32,000 nucleotides of DNA from Vibrio vulnificus CMCP6 (GTDB lineage Bacteria > Pseudomonadota > Gammaproteobacteria > Enterobacterales > Vibrionaceae), in assembly GCF_000039765.1 (NCBI RefSeq), contig NC_004459.3:2241127-2273126 (forward strand), given 5' to 3'. Positions 1 through 9,963 of this stretch are shown here, piece by piece; the stretch's first letter is position 1; each line of letters opens with the position of its first letter. The position numbers and the translations under genes were made by a program. The notes beneath the pieces are model-generated. The model ran no database searches. It was not told the origin of the DNA and saw only the letters and a program-made list of their open reading frames with translations.

Positions 1-44
1 GACAGTCTTTACCAAGCGAAAAACAGTGGTAAAGACAAAATTGT

Positions 45-1001
45 TTACTGTGCCACCTCGAGCTGTTCGCGATAGTGATGCAGATGCTCAACGATGCTTT
101 CCACTTGCGTCAAGGTGCGAATATCGCGGAATAGGTCAGCCGCTTGTGGGTATGCTTGGCGCAAATAAGCAAACCACTGCTTGATACGATTTGGGTAATA
201 TTTCCCTTTGTCGCCACGCACTTCGTATTGGGTGTATTTGAGCAATAAATCCACCACTTCGTGCCACGGCATCGCACGGTGATTGTGCTTAACGATGTTG
301 CCCAAGTTAGGCACGTTTAATGCGCCACGGCACACCATCAAAGAATCGATGCCAGTGGTTTCAATACAGGCTTGACCATCGGCATAGTTCCAGATTTCGC
401 CATTAGCAATCAAAGGAATCGTGGAACGTTGGCGGATTTGGTCAATGTAATCCCATTTGATTTCACTCGCTTTATAGCCGCCAGCTTTGGTTCTTGCATG
501 GACGGTTAATTCATCCGCTTTGCCTTGCTCTACCGCGTCCACAATCTCGAAACAATCTTCCGGGTTTTCCCAGCCCAAACGAATTTTGGCGGAAACTGGA
601 ATGTGCGAGGGCACTGCATCACGACACGCTTTGACCACTTGATAGATTAGTTCCGGGTGTTGCAGCAGCGCTGCGCCCCCTTTGCTTTGATTAACCATCT
701 TTGCCGGACAACCAAAGTTTAGATCGATACCATGCGCACCGAGCTGCGCGGCGCGGATAGCATTTTCGGCCATCCAGTGGGGATCTTGGCCTAACAGCTG
801 CACTTTGACAGGAACACCATTTTTTGTTTTTGACCCTTGTTTCAGTTCAGGGCAGAGGCGATAAAACACATGGTCTGGGAGTGGTTGGCTGACAACGCGA
901 ACAAACTCAGTGACACAAAAATCGTAGTCATTGATTTCGGTAAGCATCTCTCGCATCAGGTGGTCGAGCACACCTTCCATCGGTCCCAATATCACTCGCA
1001 T
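45..1001 (-). CDS. dusC: tRNA-dihydrouridine(16) synthase DusC
   Basis: 318-aa ORF with Dus family motifs (GPMEGVLD near N-terminus, [39 protein letters not shown]). Confidence 0.93.
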   Translation of the reverse strand: MRVILGPMEGVLDHLMREMLTEINDYDFCVTEFVRVVSQPLPDHVFYRLCPELKQGSKTKNGVPVKVQLLGQDPHWMAENAIRAAQLGAHGIDLNFGCPAKMVNQSKGGAALLQHPELIYQVVKACRDAVPSHIPVSAKIRLGWENPEDCFEIVDAVEQGKADELTVHARTKAGGYKASEIKWDYIDQIRQRSTIPLIANGEIWNYADGQACIETTGIDSLMVCRGALNVPNLGNIVKHNHRAMPWHEVVDLLLKYTQYEVRGDKGKYYPNRIKQWFAYLRQAYPQAADLFRDIRTLTQVESIVEHLHHYREQLEVAQ

Positions 1002-1160
1002 CTTTATTCTGGCCTCTCAAAAAATGAGGCGCGATTGTAGCGATTCACTGAGAGCTTGTCACGAGAAGAGGCAAGGAGAGAGGCTTTTCATGATTTAATC
1101 CCCCCATTTACTTTGCTTAGGTATATAATCCGGCCAAATTGAACAACAAGTGTTTCAACG

Positions 1161-1769
1161 ATGCAATATCAATTAATTGAATTCAATGACGCTTCCAGCC
1201 AAGCTTCTGCTTGGTTTATTGAAGGCGCAGTTTTAGCGGCGAACTTAACGATTCAACCGACCGATCCTGATACCTGGTTAACCGAGTTGCTGGGGGATGT
1301 GTCTGCCGAGCTTCGCGCGGCTGTGACGGAGCAAATTCATAAGCAGCATAATCGGATTTTACGCAATGAATATTCATTGCTCGAGCTCGTAGGCGATGAA
1401 AGAGATAACTTGGCCGACTTTGCTGAAGGTTTTATGTCTTTGTGGCCAAGAGTTGAAGAGCAATGGCAATCCGCCATCGTCAATGACGGCACTCAACGCA
1501 TGATGCAGGCGCTCTTTACCAGCTTTATGTTGGCCATTGATGAAGAGAGTACTCAACAGCAAATGCTCGCTGCGGGAATTGAAGCGCCTCCCGCTTTGAG
1601 CGATTTCATTGACCAAATGGATTTGATGATCAACGAAGTGGCGCTTGCCGCCGATGAACTGATGGTTGGCAACAAATCACAAAGTTTGAATCCTTTCAAA
1701 GGAGTAGGGCGAAACGACCCTTGTCCTTGTCAAAGTGGCAAAAAATTCAAACAGTGTTGTGGCCAATAA
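1161..1769 (+). CDS. YecA/UPF0149 family protein with C-terminal SEC-C zinc-binding motif
   Basis: 202-aa ORF; C-terminus [20 protein letters not shown] is a canonical SEC-C motif; N-terminal part resembles YecA/YgfB. Confidence 0.85.
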   Translation: MQYQLIEFNDASSQASAWFIEGAVLAANLTIQPTDPDTWLTELLGDVSAELRAAVTEQIHKQHNRILRNEYSLLELVGDERDNLADFAEGFMSLWPRVEEQWQSAIVNDGTQRMMQALFTSFMLAIDEESTQQQMLAAGIEAPPALSDFIDQMDLMINEVALAADELMVGNKSQSLNPFKGVGRNDPCPCQSGKKFKQCCGQ

Positions 1770-1786
1770 TCAACACGCGACAAAAA

Positions 1787-1820
1787 ACAGCCGACTCTGA
1801 ATGAGTCGGCTGTTTTTTTT
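1787..1820. terminator. Bidirectional intrinsic terminator between the YecA-like gene and dsbB
   Basis: ACAGCCGACTC-tgaat-GAGTCGGCTGT followed by T8 and preceded by an A run; lies between convergent genes. Confidence 0.85.
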
Positions 1821-1846
1821 AACTGCAATCCGAGTCAGCGTCGGAA

Positions 1847-2389
1847 CTATTTTGATTTGAAAAACTGAGCAATAACGATAAATGCGAGCGCCACTAGGTT
1901 GCCAGCAAAAATAATCACCAACCATTGTGGCATCGAAAGTGTCATGAACTGCCATACGATTTTGCTACAGTCACCATAGGCTTCAAACATCCAAGGCGCC
2001 CATTGATTCAATGGAGCCCAATCTGGGAAGGTGACGAACAGATCACAAGTAGCAAAAGGCGATGGATTAAACTGGTAATCAACGTGTTGTAATGACAACG
2101 CCAACCCTTTGTAAGCACTGGCTCCCCAAGCCGCCAAACCTAACCAACGAACAAGTGGGTTATTGGGTGCAATCAGGCCAAAGAGTGCCGCGCCACCCAC
2201 GCCAAGCATCGCCACGCGCTCATAAATACACATCACACAGGGTGACAGCATCATCACATGCTGAAAGAACAGCGCCGCTCCCTCAAAAAAGACCACGAAG
2301 AGTAGCAATAGCAGCCATGAGATTCTGTTTTTTGAAAACTGATTGAGTGATGCAAATAAATTCACTTCTAAAATCCTTTGTATGTTCAA
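1847..2389 (-). CDS. dsbB: Disulfide bond formation protein DsbB
   Basis: 180-aa multi-TM ORF with CVMCIYERVAM and the second periplasmic Cys pair (ATCD...GDCSKIVWQF). Confidence 0.93.
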   Translation of the reverse strand: MNIQRILEVNLFASLNQFSKNRISWLLLLLFVVFFEGAALFFQHVMMLSPCVMCIYERVAMLGVGGAALFGLIAPNNPLVRWLGLAAWGASAYKGLALSLQHVDYQFNPSPFATCDLFVTFPDWAPLNQWAPWMFEAYGDCSKIVWQFMTLSMPQWLVIIFAGNLVALAFIVIAQFFKSK

Positions 2390-2391
2390 TA

Positions 2392-2419
2392 AAAAAGCTC
2401 TGAATACTCAGAGCTTTTT
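2392..2419. terminator. Intrinsic terminator between nhaB and dsbB
   Basis: AAAAAGCTCTGA-atac-TCAGAGCTTTTT, 12-bp arms. Confidence 0.75.
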
Positions 2420-2452
2420 ATCTCGGATAAGTTTCTTTAGCAAACTAAAAAT

Positions 2453-4042
2453 TTAATGTCCGCCGGAAACTGCGTGAGTTGCCTCACCCACATGGTGAGC
2501 AATCCAACCTGCGTCGTAAAACCAAGCTGTCATAGGCTCAAGTAAGAAGACGATGCCAAACAAGCCAACCAGAGCCAGTACAATCGTGTATGGCAGAGCC
2601 ATGATCACCATCTTGCCGTAAGACAGACGAATCAATGGTGCGAGTGCTGAAGTCAACAAAAATAGGAACGCCGCTTGGCCGTTTGGTGTTGCCACTGATG
2701 GCAAGTTAGTTCCTGTGTTGATCGCCACGGCCAGCAAGTCAAACTGGTCACGTGTAATAATGCCTTCTACTAGCGCAGTTTTGACTTCGTTGATGTAAAC
2801 CGTACCGACGAACACGTTGTCAGACACCATCGAAAGCAAACCGTTTGCCACGTAGAACATCGCCAACTGCGTGCCTTTGTCTTCCACCGCGAGAACTGCA
2901 TCGATAACAGGCTTAAACAACTCTTGGTCGATGATTACCGCCACGATAGAGAAGAAAACCGCAAGAAGTGCCGTAAATGGCAGTGCTTCTTCAAACGCTT
3001 TACCGAGTGAGTGTTCTTCAATCACACCAGTGAAGGCTGTGGCTAGGATGATGACGGACAAACCGATCAAACCTACCGCGGCCAAGTGCAGTGCGAGGCC
3101 GACAATCAGCCATACGGCGATAAGACCTTGAATCCAAAGTTTGGCCACATCTTGGTTGGTACGAGCCTTGCGTTCTTCTTTGTCGAATTCGACAAGAATA
3201 TGACGAACGTTATCAGGTAGTTCAGCGCCGTAGCCAAACACCTTAAGTTTTTCGACCGCAAAACAGGTGAGCAAACCACAAACGAAAACAGGAAGCGTAA
3301 CTGGAGCCATGCGAATCAAGAACTCACCAAACAACCAACTTGCTTGGTCTGCAATGATCAAGTTTTGAGGTTCACCTACCATGGTCGTCACGCCACCGAG
3401 CGCAGTACCAACACCCGCATGCATGAGCAGTGAGCGTAAAAATGCGCGGTAGTTTTCTAAGTCTTCACGAGTCAGCTCGGCAAGATGATCGTCTTGTGTA
3501 TGGTCATGATCGGAACTGACGCCCTTACCCGATGCCACTTTGTGGTAGATCGAATAGAAACCCACGGCAACGCTGATAACAACGGCGATAACGGTCAGTG
3601 CGTCTAAGAAAGCGGAAAGAAAGGCCGCGGCAAAACAAAACGCTAAAGACAAAATCGCTTTAGAGCGAATGCCAAGCAATATCTTGGTGAAAATGAAGAG
3701 TAGCAACTGCTTCATGAAGTAGATGCCAGCGACCATGAAGACCAGTAACAACAACACTTCGATATTGGCGACGAGCTCATGCTTAACCTGTTCAGGGCTA
3801 GTCATGCCAATCGCGATGGCTTCAATGGCTAATAAACCACCAGGTTGAAGAGGATAACATTTGAGCGCCATTGCCAACGTGAAAATAAATTCCACGACGA
3901 GTAGCCAGCCTGCTACAAATGGGTCAACGAAGAAGAAAACAATCGGGTTAATGATTAAAAAAGAAATGATGGCAACTTTATACCAATCAGGCGCTTTACC
4001 AAGAAAATTCTTAATAAAAGCGTTTCCGAGCGACATCGGCAT
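2453..4042 (-). CDS. nhaB: Na+/H+ antiporter NhaB
   Basis: 529-aa polytopic protein starting [22 protein letters not shown]; conserved NhaB-type sequence and divergent location next to fadR. Confidence 0.93.
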   Translation of the reverse strand: MPMSLGNAFIKNFLGKAPDWYKVAIISFLIINPIVFFFVDPFVAGWLLVVEFIFTLAMALKCYPLQPGGLLAIEAIAIGMTSPEQVKHELVANIEVLLLLVFMVAGIYFMKQLLLFIFTKILLGIRSKAILSLAFCFAAAFLSAFLDALTVIAVVISVAVGFYSIYHKVASGKGVSSDHDHTQDDHLAELTREDLENYRAFLRSLLMHAGVGTALGGVTTMVGEPQNLIIADQASWLFGEFLIRMAPVTLPVFVCGLLTCFAVEKLKVFGYGAELPDNVRHILVEFDKEERKARTNQDVAKLWIQGLIAVWLIVGLALHLAAVGLIGLSVIILATAFTGVIEEHSLGKAFEEALPFTALLAVFFSIVAVIIDQELFKPVIDAVLAVEDKGTQLAMFYVANGLLSMVSDNVFVGTVYINEVKTALVEGIITRDQFDLLAVAINTGTNLPSVATPNGQAAFLFLLTSALAPLIRLSYGKMVIMALPYTIVLALVGLFGIVFLLEPMTAWFYDAGWIAHHVGEATHAVSGGH

Positions 4043-4682
4043 GATAATTCTCTTATTAACTTATATATGAATAGACACTACAACATAGTGCTTAAGCCTA
4101 TGCTTTAAAGAAGAAATATCTATCTTTATAAACAATAACTTAGAAAAACAACAATCCTTGTTTAAAATGTAGTCTTGCCAAGTTACTTCCCTTGAACTTA
4201 AGCACCGCTCTTATTTTCGCCCGCAACTCTACTCTCAAGTAACATTTAGTCAACAGGAAATCCCAATCCTGTCTTCATTTGCTGACTTAATTTCGCAAAA
4301 CGCGATCGAAGTAGCACAAGTATATCATGTAAACTATGCAAAAGTTCGCTTATCATCATAATTTACGTTGAAAGCATAAAAAAGTTAAATTAAGAAAGAG
4401 TATTAACCGATTAACTCAATTTTAATTTGCAATTTATGAATTTAAAAATGTGACCTATCACCCTTTATTTATTCTGGCTTTGTGCATGGTCTTGCGACCA
4501 TAAAATGTATTTTTTGACGACTTCCAGATTCCGCAAAGGCATTTTTTATCCAATTTAACTTAGAGTGTTTACTCTATATTGCAATTTGGTTGCATTTCGT
4601 GATAGTAAATTTTCGCAAATGAAGAAGTAGTGGTATGATGAGTGCCATTCGACCCAAAACAAATATTGGAATAACAAATATA

Positions 4683-5522
4683 ATGGTCATTAAGGCAAAG
4701 AGCCCTGCGGGATTTGCAGAGAAATACATTATCGAAAGCATCTGGAATGGGCGTTTCCCTCCAGGTTCCATTTTACCTGCTGAGCGTGAGCTGTCTGAAC
4801 TGATTGGTGTTACGCGCACCACACTACGTGAGGTTTTACAAAGACTTGCTCGTGATGGTTGGTTGACGATCCAACATGGTAAGCCAACCAAAGTGAACCA
4901 GTTTATGGAAACCTCGGGGCTGCATATCCTCGATACACTCATGACGCTAGACGTTGATAACGCAACAAATATTGTTGAAGATTTGCTTGCAGCACGTACA
5001 AATATCAGTCCGATATTCATGCGTTATGCCTTTAAAGTGAATAAAGAAAACTCTGAGCGTACGATCAAAACCGTTATTGATTCATGTGAGCAATTGGTTG
5101 CGGCTGAATCTTGGGATGCATTTTTGTCATCGTCTCCTTATGCCGACAAAATTCAGCAAAATGTAAAAGAAGACAATGAGAAAGATGAAGCGAAACGCCA
5201 AGAAATCTTGATTGCGAAGACCTTCAACTTCTACGATTACATGCTGTTCCAGCGTTTAGCTTTCCACTCAGGAAATCAAATTTATGGTTTGATTTTCAAT
5301 GGTTTGAAGAAGCTATATGATCGTGTCGGTAGTTTTTACTTCTCTAATCCAGCGTCTCGTGAATTGGCCCTTAAGTTCTATCGCCAACTGCTGTTGACGT
5401 GTGAGTCAGGACAGCGTGAACAGTTACCAGCGTTGATTCGTCAATACGGTATTGAGAGTGCGATGATTTGGAACGAGATGAAAAAGCAGCTTCCAACGAA
5501 TTTCACAGAAGACGACTGCTAA
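4683..5522 (+). CDS. fadR: Fatty acid metabolism transcriptional regulator FadR (GntR family)
   Basis: Start chosen at [61 protein letters not shown], giving 279 aa. The longer ORF in the track starts at 4635. Internal insertion around [32 protein letters not shown] matches the known longer Vibrio FadR form. Confidence 0.94.
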   Translation: MVIKAKSPAGFAEKYIIESIWNGRFPPGSILPAERELSELIGVTRTTLREVLQRLARDGWLTIQHGKPTKVNQFMETSGLHILDTLMTLDVDNATNIVEDLLAARTNISPIFMRYAFKVNKENSERTIKTVIDSCEQLVAAESWDAFLSSSPYADKIQQNVKEDNEKDEAKRQEILIAKTFNFYDYMLFQRLAFHSGNQIYGLIFNGLKKLYDRVGSFYFSNPASRELALKFYRQLLLTCESGQREQLPALIRQYGIESAMIWNEMKKQLPTNFTEDDC

Positions 5523-5550
5523 TAGCTAATAATTGACGCTGTTAATGGAA

Positions 5551-5574
5551 AACCGCCAGCCTGGCGGTTTTTTT
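5551..5574 (+). terminator. Intrinsic terminator after fadR
   Basis: AACCGCCAG-c-CTGGCGGTT followed by a T tract. Confidence 0.85.
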
Positions 5575-5691
5575 ATACCTGACTGTTGCACTCAAGCATT
5601 ATTGTTATAATATAACAAAACTCATTTGTGATCCGATGATTGAAAATTGGAGTATCAACCCCCATAGTTGCAATACAGATGAGAAAACATC

Positions 5692-6339
5692 ATGTACAAA
5701 AGAGTCGTTAGATTAGACGTAACCAATCAAGTGAGTAGAGATATGGCGGAAGTTCGAGCCAGAGTCGATTTTAAAGTCGGTGCAAAAAGTAATATTGATG
5801 CGGAAATTCTTTCATTTCGTGGTTTGAAGACCGACAAAGAGCATGTGGCAGTCATCTTTAAATCGGCAGATGTGACTCAAGAAGTCCCCCTAGTTCGAAT
5901 GCATTCTGAATGCCTCACTGGGGATGTGTTCCATTCATCTCGCTGTGACTGTGGCGAGCAGTTGGAAGAGACGATCAATCGTATGGGTGAGTCTGGCGGC
6001 ATCATTCTTTATCTTCGCCAAGAAGGTCGCGGGATCGGCCTTTACAACAAAATCGATGCTTACCGTTTGCAAAGCGAAGGGATGAATACTTACGAGGCCA
6101 ATAACCATCTTGGCTTTGATGACGATCTTCGTGACTTTACGGAAGCGGCACAAATGCTTGAAGCGCTAGGGATCAAACAGATTCGATTAGTGACCAACAA
6201 CCCTAAGAAGATTCGTGAATTAAGTGAGTACGGGATAGAGATTGTTGAAGTGGTCAACACTTCTGCTCACATCAAAGAAGGCAATGAAAGCTACTTAAAG
6301 GCGAAAGTATCTCATGGTAAGCACCATTTAAAAGTGTAA
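5692..6339 (+). CDS. ribA: GTP cyclohydrolase II (RibA-type)
   Basis: 215-aa ORF with zinc motif [18 protein letters not shown] and catalytic [14 protein letters not shown]...NNPKK. The C-terminus ([24 protein letters not shown]) departs from the E. coli RibA pattern. Confidence 0.88.
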   Translation: MYKRVVRLDVTNQVSRDMAEVRARVDFKVGAKSNIDAEILSFRGLKTDKEHVAVIFKSADVTQEVPLVRMHSECLTGDVFHSSRCDCGEQLEETINRMGESGGIILYLRQEGRGIGLYNKIDAYRLQSEGMNTYEANNHLGFDDDLRDFTEAAQMLEALGIKQIRLVTNNPKKIRELSEYGIEIVEVVNTSAHIKEGNESYLKAKVSHGKHHLKV

Positions 6340-6382
6340 TGCGAAGTTGCTTAGCAATAATTGATAAAAAGCTCCACAGTTG

Positions 6383-7819
6383 TGGCAATGTAGTTCACTT
6401 AAGAGGAGCTGCCTTGCGATTAACAGGATATCGGGTCTTTGATATTTTTACCGCCCTAGGCCGATTTGGCTTAGGGCGTTTGTCTATAAAAAGGATGGAT
6501 AAGTCTCCGCGCAGACTTTTTAGACGCTTCGGTGTATTACCTGGAGATACCGCTTTGCTCATTACTTTCAGTTGACTAGCGATGAACTGACAAGCGTATT
6601 TAAAACTGATTTCATTGGCCATTCGACCATGTGCTACGGCCGCTTGACTGGCTTCTCGTCTTACCAAGTTATAACCAAGCAACAGCCCCCATAACTCTTG
6701 ATAGACAAGCTCGACCGTCTTACTCCTCAGCACTAACGCGTTGTGCTGCATCGAACTTTTTATGTCTCTGTACCCTAACTCAATTTCCCATCTCTCATGG
6801 TAAAGCTCGGCTACTGATTCCGCATCGTACTCTTCCCTAGGCAAAGACGTAAACACTGTTTTGTGCTTACCTTGTACTTGATAAGTAACGGCTCTGACTT
6901 GCCATTTTTCAGGTAGGTTAGGATTTTTCTTGCGAGCCTGTGGAGAGACTTTCATTTCTACCAACATGTCGTCGCTCTCTTCATCGTCCAGAAGTCTGAA
7001 TTTCACCCCTTTCTTCGCTGGTAACAACCAATGCCTGTTGGAGCCACTATTTTGGAGAGAAAGAAGTAAGTCTGCGCCATAAAACCTCTTATCTAGTAAA
7101 GTCAATGAGTTATCAGGTAGAGAGTCAATAAAGGGCATTGCAAGCGGTATTTCACCACGACGATAGGGGCTTATAGCTGCGTCTACAATGACATGTGAGC
7201 GAACATTCATCATGGTCACCACCCTGAGTACTGGATGAGGTGTCTGCCTCTCGCTGGATGTATTACCTGACCCAAAATGTTCTCTTAGTTCTGATGTATC
7301 AGCGGTTCGAAAAAGAGCCCCATCAATAGCGAAGACTTGTAAGCCTTGCCAAGTATCCTCGGGGTAACGCTCTAGACCCCATGTGTGACTGCATTGTCTA
7401 AACAACCATTCTGGAGCAGCTTTACCAAGGCGTTGCCTTGCTTGCGTTAAAGCACTTTTAGCTAGCAGTTCCTCATCGGCTAAGCCCTCGGCACAGACAT
7501 TCATTCGCCGTGCGACTTCTGCAATAGACTCATTGCGGAAAAACGCCATTCCAACAATAAGCCAAAGAACCATATCACTAGGTAAACGACGTCGACGAAT
7601 TGTCGCTTTATCGGAAAGTGTTGCCGCTTTAGCAACCCACTCATCAGGAATATGCTCAGAGAAAGTGGTGAGCTGAGCGACATCAACAGGACTCTCTTCA
7701 AGAAAGTCAGCAAAATAGTTTTGGATAGACATAAAAAAATCGGAAACCTATAAACAGGTTTCCGATTGTCTCTCATCAGAAGGATCGGTCAACCGATCCT
7801 TATCTGATCTACATTGCCA
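6383..7819 (-). mobile_element. IS4-family-like insertion sequence, about 1.44 kb
   Basis: Terminal inverted repeats: left TGGCAATGTAGTTCACTTAAG (6383-6403) against reverse complement of right TGGCAATGTAGATCAGATAAG (7799-7819), 18/21 matching, enclosing one transposase ORF whose stop codon lies in the left repeat. Confidence 0.85.
6395..7732 (-). CDS. IS4-family transposase
   Basis: 445-aa ORF with DDE-type features (AIDGALFRTADT, LLDKRFYG, and YHERWEIELGYRDIKSSM, a YREK-like signature). Confidence 0.9.
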   Translation of the reverse strand: MSIQNYFADFLEESPVDVAQLTTFSEHIPDEWVAKAATLSDKATIRRRRLPSDMVLWLIVGMAFFRNESIAEVARRMNVCAEGLADEELLAKSALTQARQRLGKAAPEWLFRQCSHTWGLERYPEDTWQGLQVFAIDGALFRTADTSELREHFGSGNTSSERQTPHPVLRVVTMMNVRSHVIVDAAISPYRRGEIPLAMPFIDSLPDNSLTLLDKRFYGADLLLSLQNSGSNRHWLLPAKKGVKFRLLDDEESDDMLVEMKVSPQARKKNPNLPEKWQVRAVTYQVQGKHKTVFTSLPREEYDAESVAELYHERWEIELGYRDIKSSMQHNALVLRSKTVELVYQELWGLLLGYNLVRREASQAAVAHGRMANEISFKYACQFIASQLKVMSKAVSPGNTPKRLKSLRGDLSILFIDKRPKPNRPRAVKISKTRYPVNRKAAPLK

Positions 7820-8200
7820 ATTGATTGGGTTTTTTTCTGCCTGTCATCTTTCTCTGACCTTATTTTGAAGCATCATTTGGTTTGGGGTGCCTACATGTTT
7901 GTATCGAATTCATCACATTTTAGACAAAGCTTGTTAAATATCTTTGCTGATACTACCTACGTAGTTCCTCTCTCTTTGGTATGCAATGTTCAAAATTAAA
8001 ATCTTATAAAACAATCTAATAATAGATCCTCAGTCAATATCCTACGTGGTTATACGTATTCATGTGAGATAGAGTAGGTTGCCACTTGCTTTTTCCTTGC
8101 GTGTTCCTGCCGATTAACAAAGTGTGTTTTTTGTTTCATGTTTAACACGAATTTCCAATGTCAATTGATCCGACATGAATAAAAACAAAGGACGTGAAAC

Positions 8201-9289
8201 ATGAGTCTTATCCAAAGAACGATAAAACGAGTGCTAAAAACGACGGCGGTTGCGGCCGCGCTCGCTTTAGTGGCAACCACTGCAAACGCTGCTGATAAAG
8301 TCTATCGCTTAAAACTGGCAGAAACTTGGGGGCCAAACTTCCCAATTTTCGGTGATGCAACGAAAAATATGGCCAAAATGGCGGAAGAGATGTCAAACGG
8401 TCGTTTGCAAATCCGTATCGACTCTGCCAACAAGCACAAAGCGCCACTCGGCGTATTTGATATGGTGAAATCGGGTCAATACGATCTTGGTCACTCGGCG
8501 TCTTACTACTGGAAAGGCAAAGTGCCGAACACGCTTTACTTCACCTCTATGCCTTTTGGCATGCTACCAGCGGAGCAGTACGCGTGGTTCTACCAAGGCG
8601 GTGGGATGGAATTGATGGAGAAGGTGTATGCACCGCATAACCTGCTGTCTTTCCCAGGTGGTAATACCGATACCCAGATGGGCGGCTGGTTCCAAAAAGA
8701 GATCAACTCGGTCGATGACTTACAAGGCCTGAAAATGCGTATTCCGGGTTTTGCCGGTGAAATCCTAGCTGAACTTGGTGCAAAACCAACCAACATTGCC
8801 CCGGGTGAGCTTTATACCTCGCTTGAGCGCCGTACCATCGATGCGTTGGAATGGGTTGGCCCGTCACTTGACCTGCGTATGGGCTTCCACAAAATTGCTC
8901 CTTACTACTACACCGGTTGGCATGAGCCAGGCACAGAGCTCCAATTCTTGGTGAACAAACGCACTTGGGATGGTCTGCCTGATGATCTGAAAGCGATTTT
9001 AAAAGTCGCAATGAAGACCGCGGCTTATGACATGTATGTTCAATCTGTGCATGAAAGTGGTAAGAACTGGGCATCGATTAAATCGGAATACCCGAATGTT
9101 CAGGTGAAAGATTTCCCTGCGTCGGTGATGACAGCGCTTCGCACTGCGAATGACAAATTATTGAAAGAACATGCCGCGCAAGATGCGTTGGCAAAAGAAA
9201 TCCAAGAGTCTCAGGCGGCTTATATCAAGCAAGTTCGCCCATGGACCGATATTTCTGCCCGTGCTTATCTCAATAGCCAAGCACAGTAA
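8201..9289 (+). CDS. dctP: TRAP transporter substrate-binding protein, DctP/TakP-like
   Basis: 362 aa with Sec signal peptide (MSLIQRTIKRVLKTTAVAAALALVATTANA) and DctP family motifs (GELYTSLERRTIDALEWVGPSLD, YYYTGWHEPGTE). RBS AAAGGA upstream. Confidence 0.9.
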   Translation: MSLIQRTIKRVLKTTAVAAALALVATTANAADKVYRLKLAETWGPNFPIFGDATKNMAKMAEEMSNGRLQIRIDSANKHKAPLGVFDMVKSGQYDLGHSASYYWKGKVPNTLYFTSMPFGMLPAEQYAWFYQGGGMELMEKVYAPHNLLSFPGGNTDTQMGGWFQKEINSVDDLQGLKMRIPGFAGEILAELGAKPTNIAPGELYTSLERRTIDALEWVGPSLDLRMGFHKIAPYYYTGWHEPGTELQFLVNKRTWDGLPDDLKAILKVAMKTAAYDMYVQSVHESGKNWASIKSEYPNVQVKDFPASVMTALRTANDKLLKEHAAQDALAKEIQESQAAYIKQVRPWTDISARAYLNSQAQ

Positions 9290-9360
9290 GAAATTCGTCA
9301 GTTCCCCCTGACGAGAAGCCCAAGAAAGCTCGAACCGTAAGGTGAAGAGCACACCAAAAA

Positions 9361-9392
9361 GCTCCGCTGGTACTGCCAAGCGGAGCATCTTT
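9361..9392 (+). terminator. Intercistronic GC-rich hairpin between dctP and dctQ (attenuator or mRNA-stabilising element)
   Basis: GCTCCGCT-ggtactgcca-AGCGGAGC followed by atcttt; lies in the dctP-dctQ gap. Confidence 0.6.
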
Positions 9393-9413
9393 CAAAGTTC
9401 CATGGAGTAGGGA

Positions 9414-9953
9414 ATGAGAAATTTAATTTACATTGAACGTCTCTTTAACCGCTTTGGCGATCTTCTAGGATGGCTTTCCAGCGTGCTGTTTATTTTGCTG
9501 CTGGCCAACGTTGTCTACGATGTTGTCATGCGCTATGTGTTCAATGACGTATCCATCGCCTTCCAAGAAATGGAGTGGCATCTATTCTCAGCGGTCTTTT
9601 TGCTCGGTATTCCTTTTGCGCTGAAGTCGGGTGGTCATGTTCGCGTTGACCTTTTCTATGAGCGCTTATCGCATCGCGCGCAGGCTATTATCGACTTGCT
9701 AGGCACGATCTTTTTTCTATTTCCATTCTGTTTGCTGGTGGCTTGGTTCGGTATCGATTTTGCCAAAGAAAGCTACGCCTTAGGAGAAACATCGGGTGAC
9801 CCTGGTGGTTTGCCTTATCGTTGGGTGATTAAGGCGATCATTCCACTTTCCTTCCTCTTCATGGCAATAAGTGGTGTCGGCCTGCTTCTTCATTCACTCA
9901 ATAAAATCGTTAACCCGCATCTTATGCATCAATCTCCATCAGATAAGTCGTAA
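9414..9953 (+). CDS. dctQ: TRAP transporter small permease DctQ
   Basis: 179-aa four-TM protein with NVVYDVVMRYVFNDVSIAFQEMEWHLF motif; between dctP and dctM. Confidence 0.9.
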   Translation: MRNLIYIERLFNRFGDLLGWLSSVLFILLLANVVYDVVMRYVFNDVSIAFQEMEWHLFSAVFLLGIPFALKSGGHVRVDLFYERLSHRAQAIIDLLGTIFFLFPFCLLVAWFGIDFAKESYALGETSGDPGGLPYRWVIKAIIPLSFLFMAISGVGLLLHSLNKIVNPHLMHQSPSDKS

Positions 9954-9963
9954 GGAAATCAGG

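Noticed and set aside
837-1040. 67-aa plus-strand ORF antisense to the dusC start
   Set aside because: Lies mostly inside dusC on the opposite strand, with no recognisable motif; a shadow ORF.
4574-5020. 148-aa minus-strand ORF overlapping the fadR start
   Set aside because: Complement of well-supported fadR coding sequence; composition looks like a frame artefact.
6339-6575. 78-aa plus-strand ORF after ribA
   Set aside because: Crosses the left IS boundary and runs antisense to the transposase C-terminus; not a real gene.
7814-7999. 61-aa ORF beginning at the right IS end
   Set aside because: Starts within the IS inverted repeat, has low-complexity Phe/Ser-rich composition, no RBS or family match.
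8703-9074. 123-aa minus-strand ORF within dctP
   Set aside because: Antisense to a strong SBP coding region and without domain-like features.
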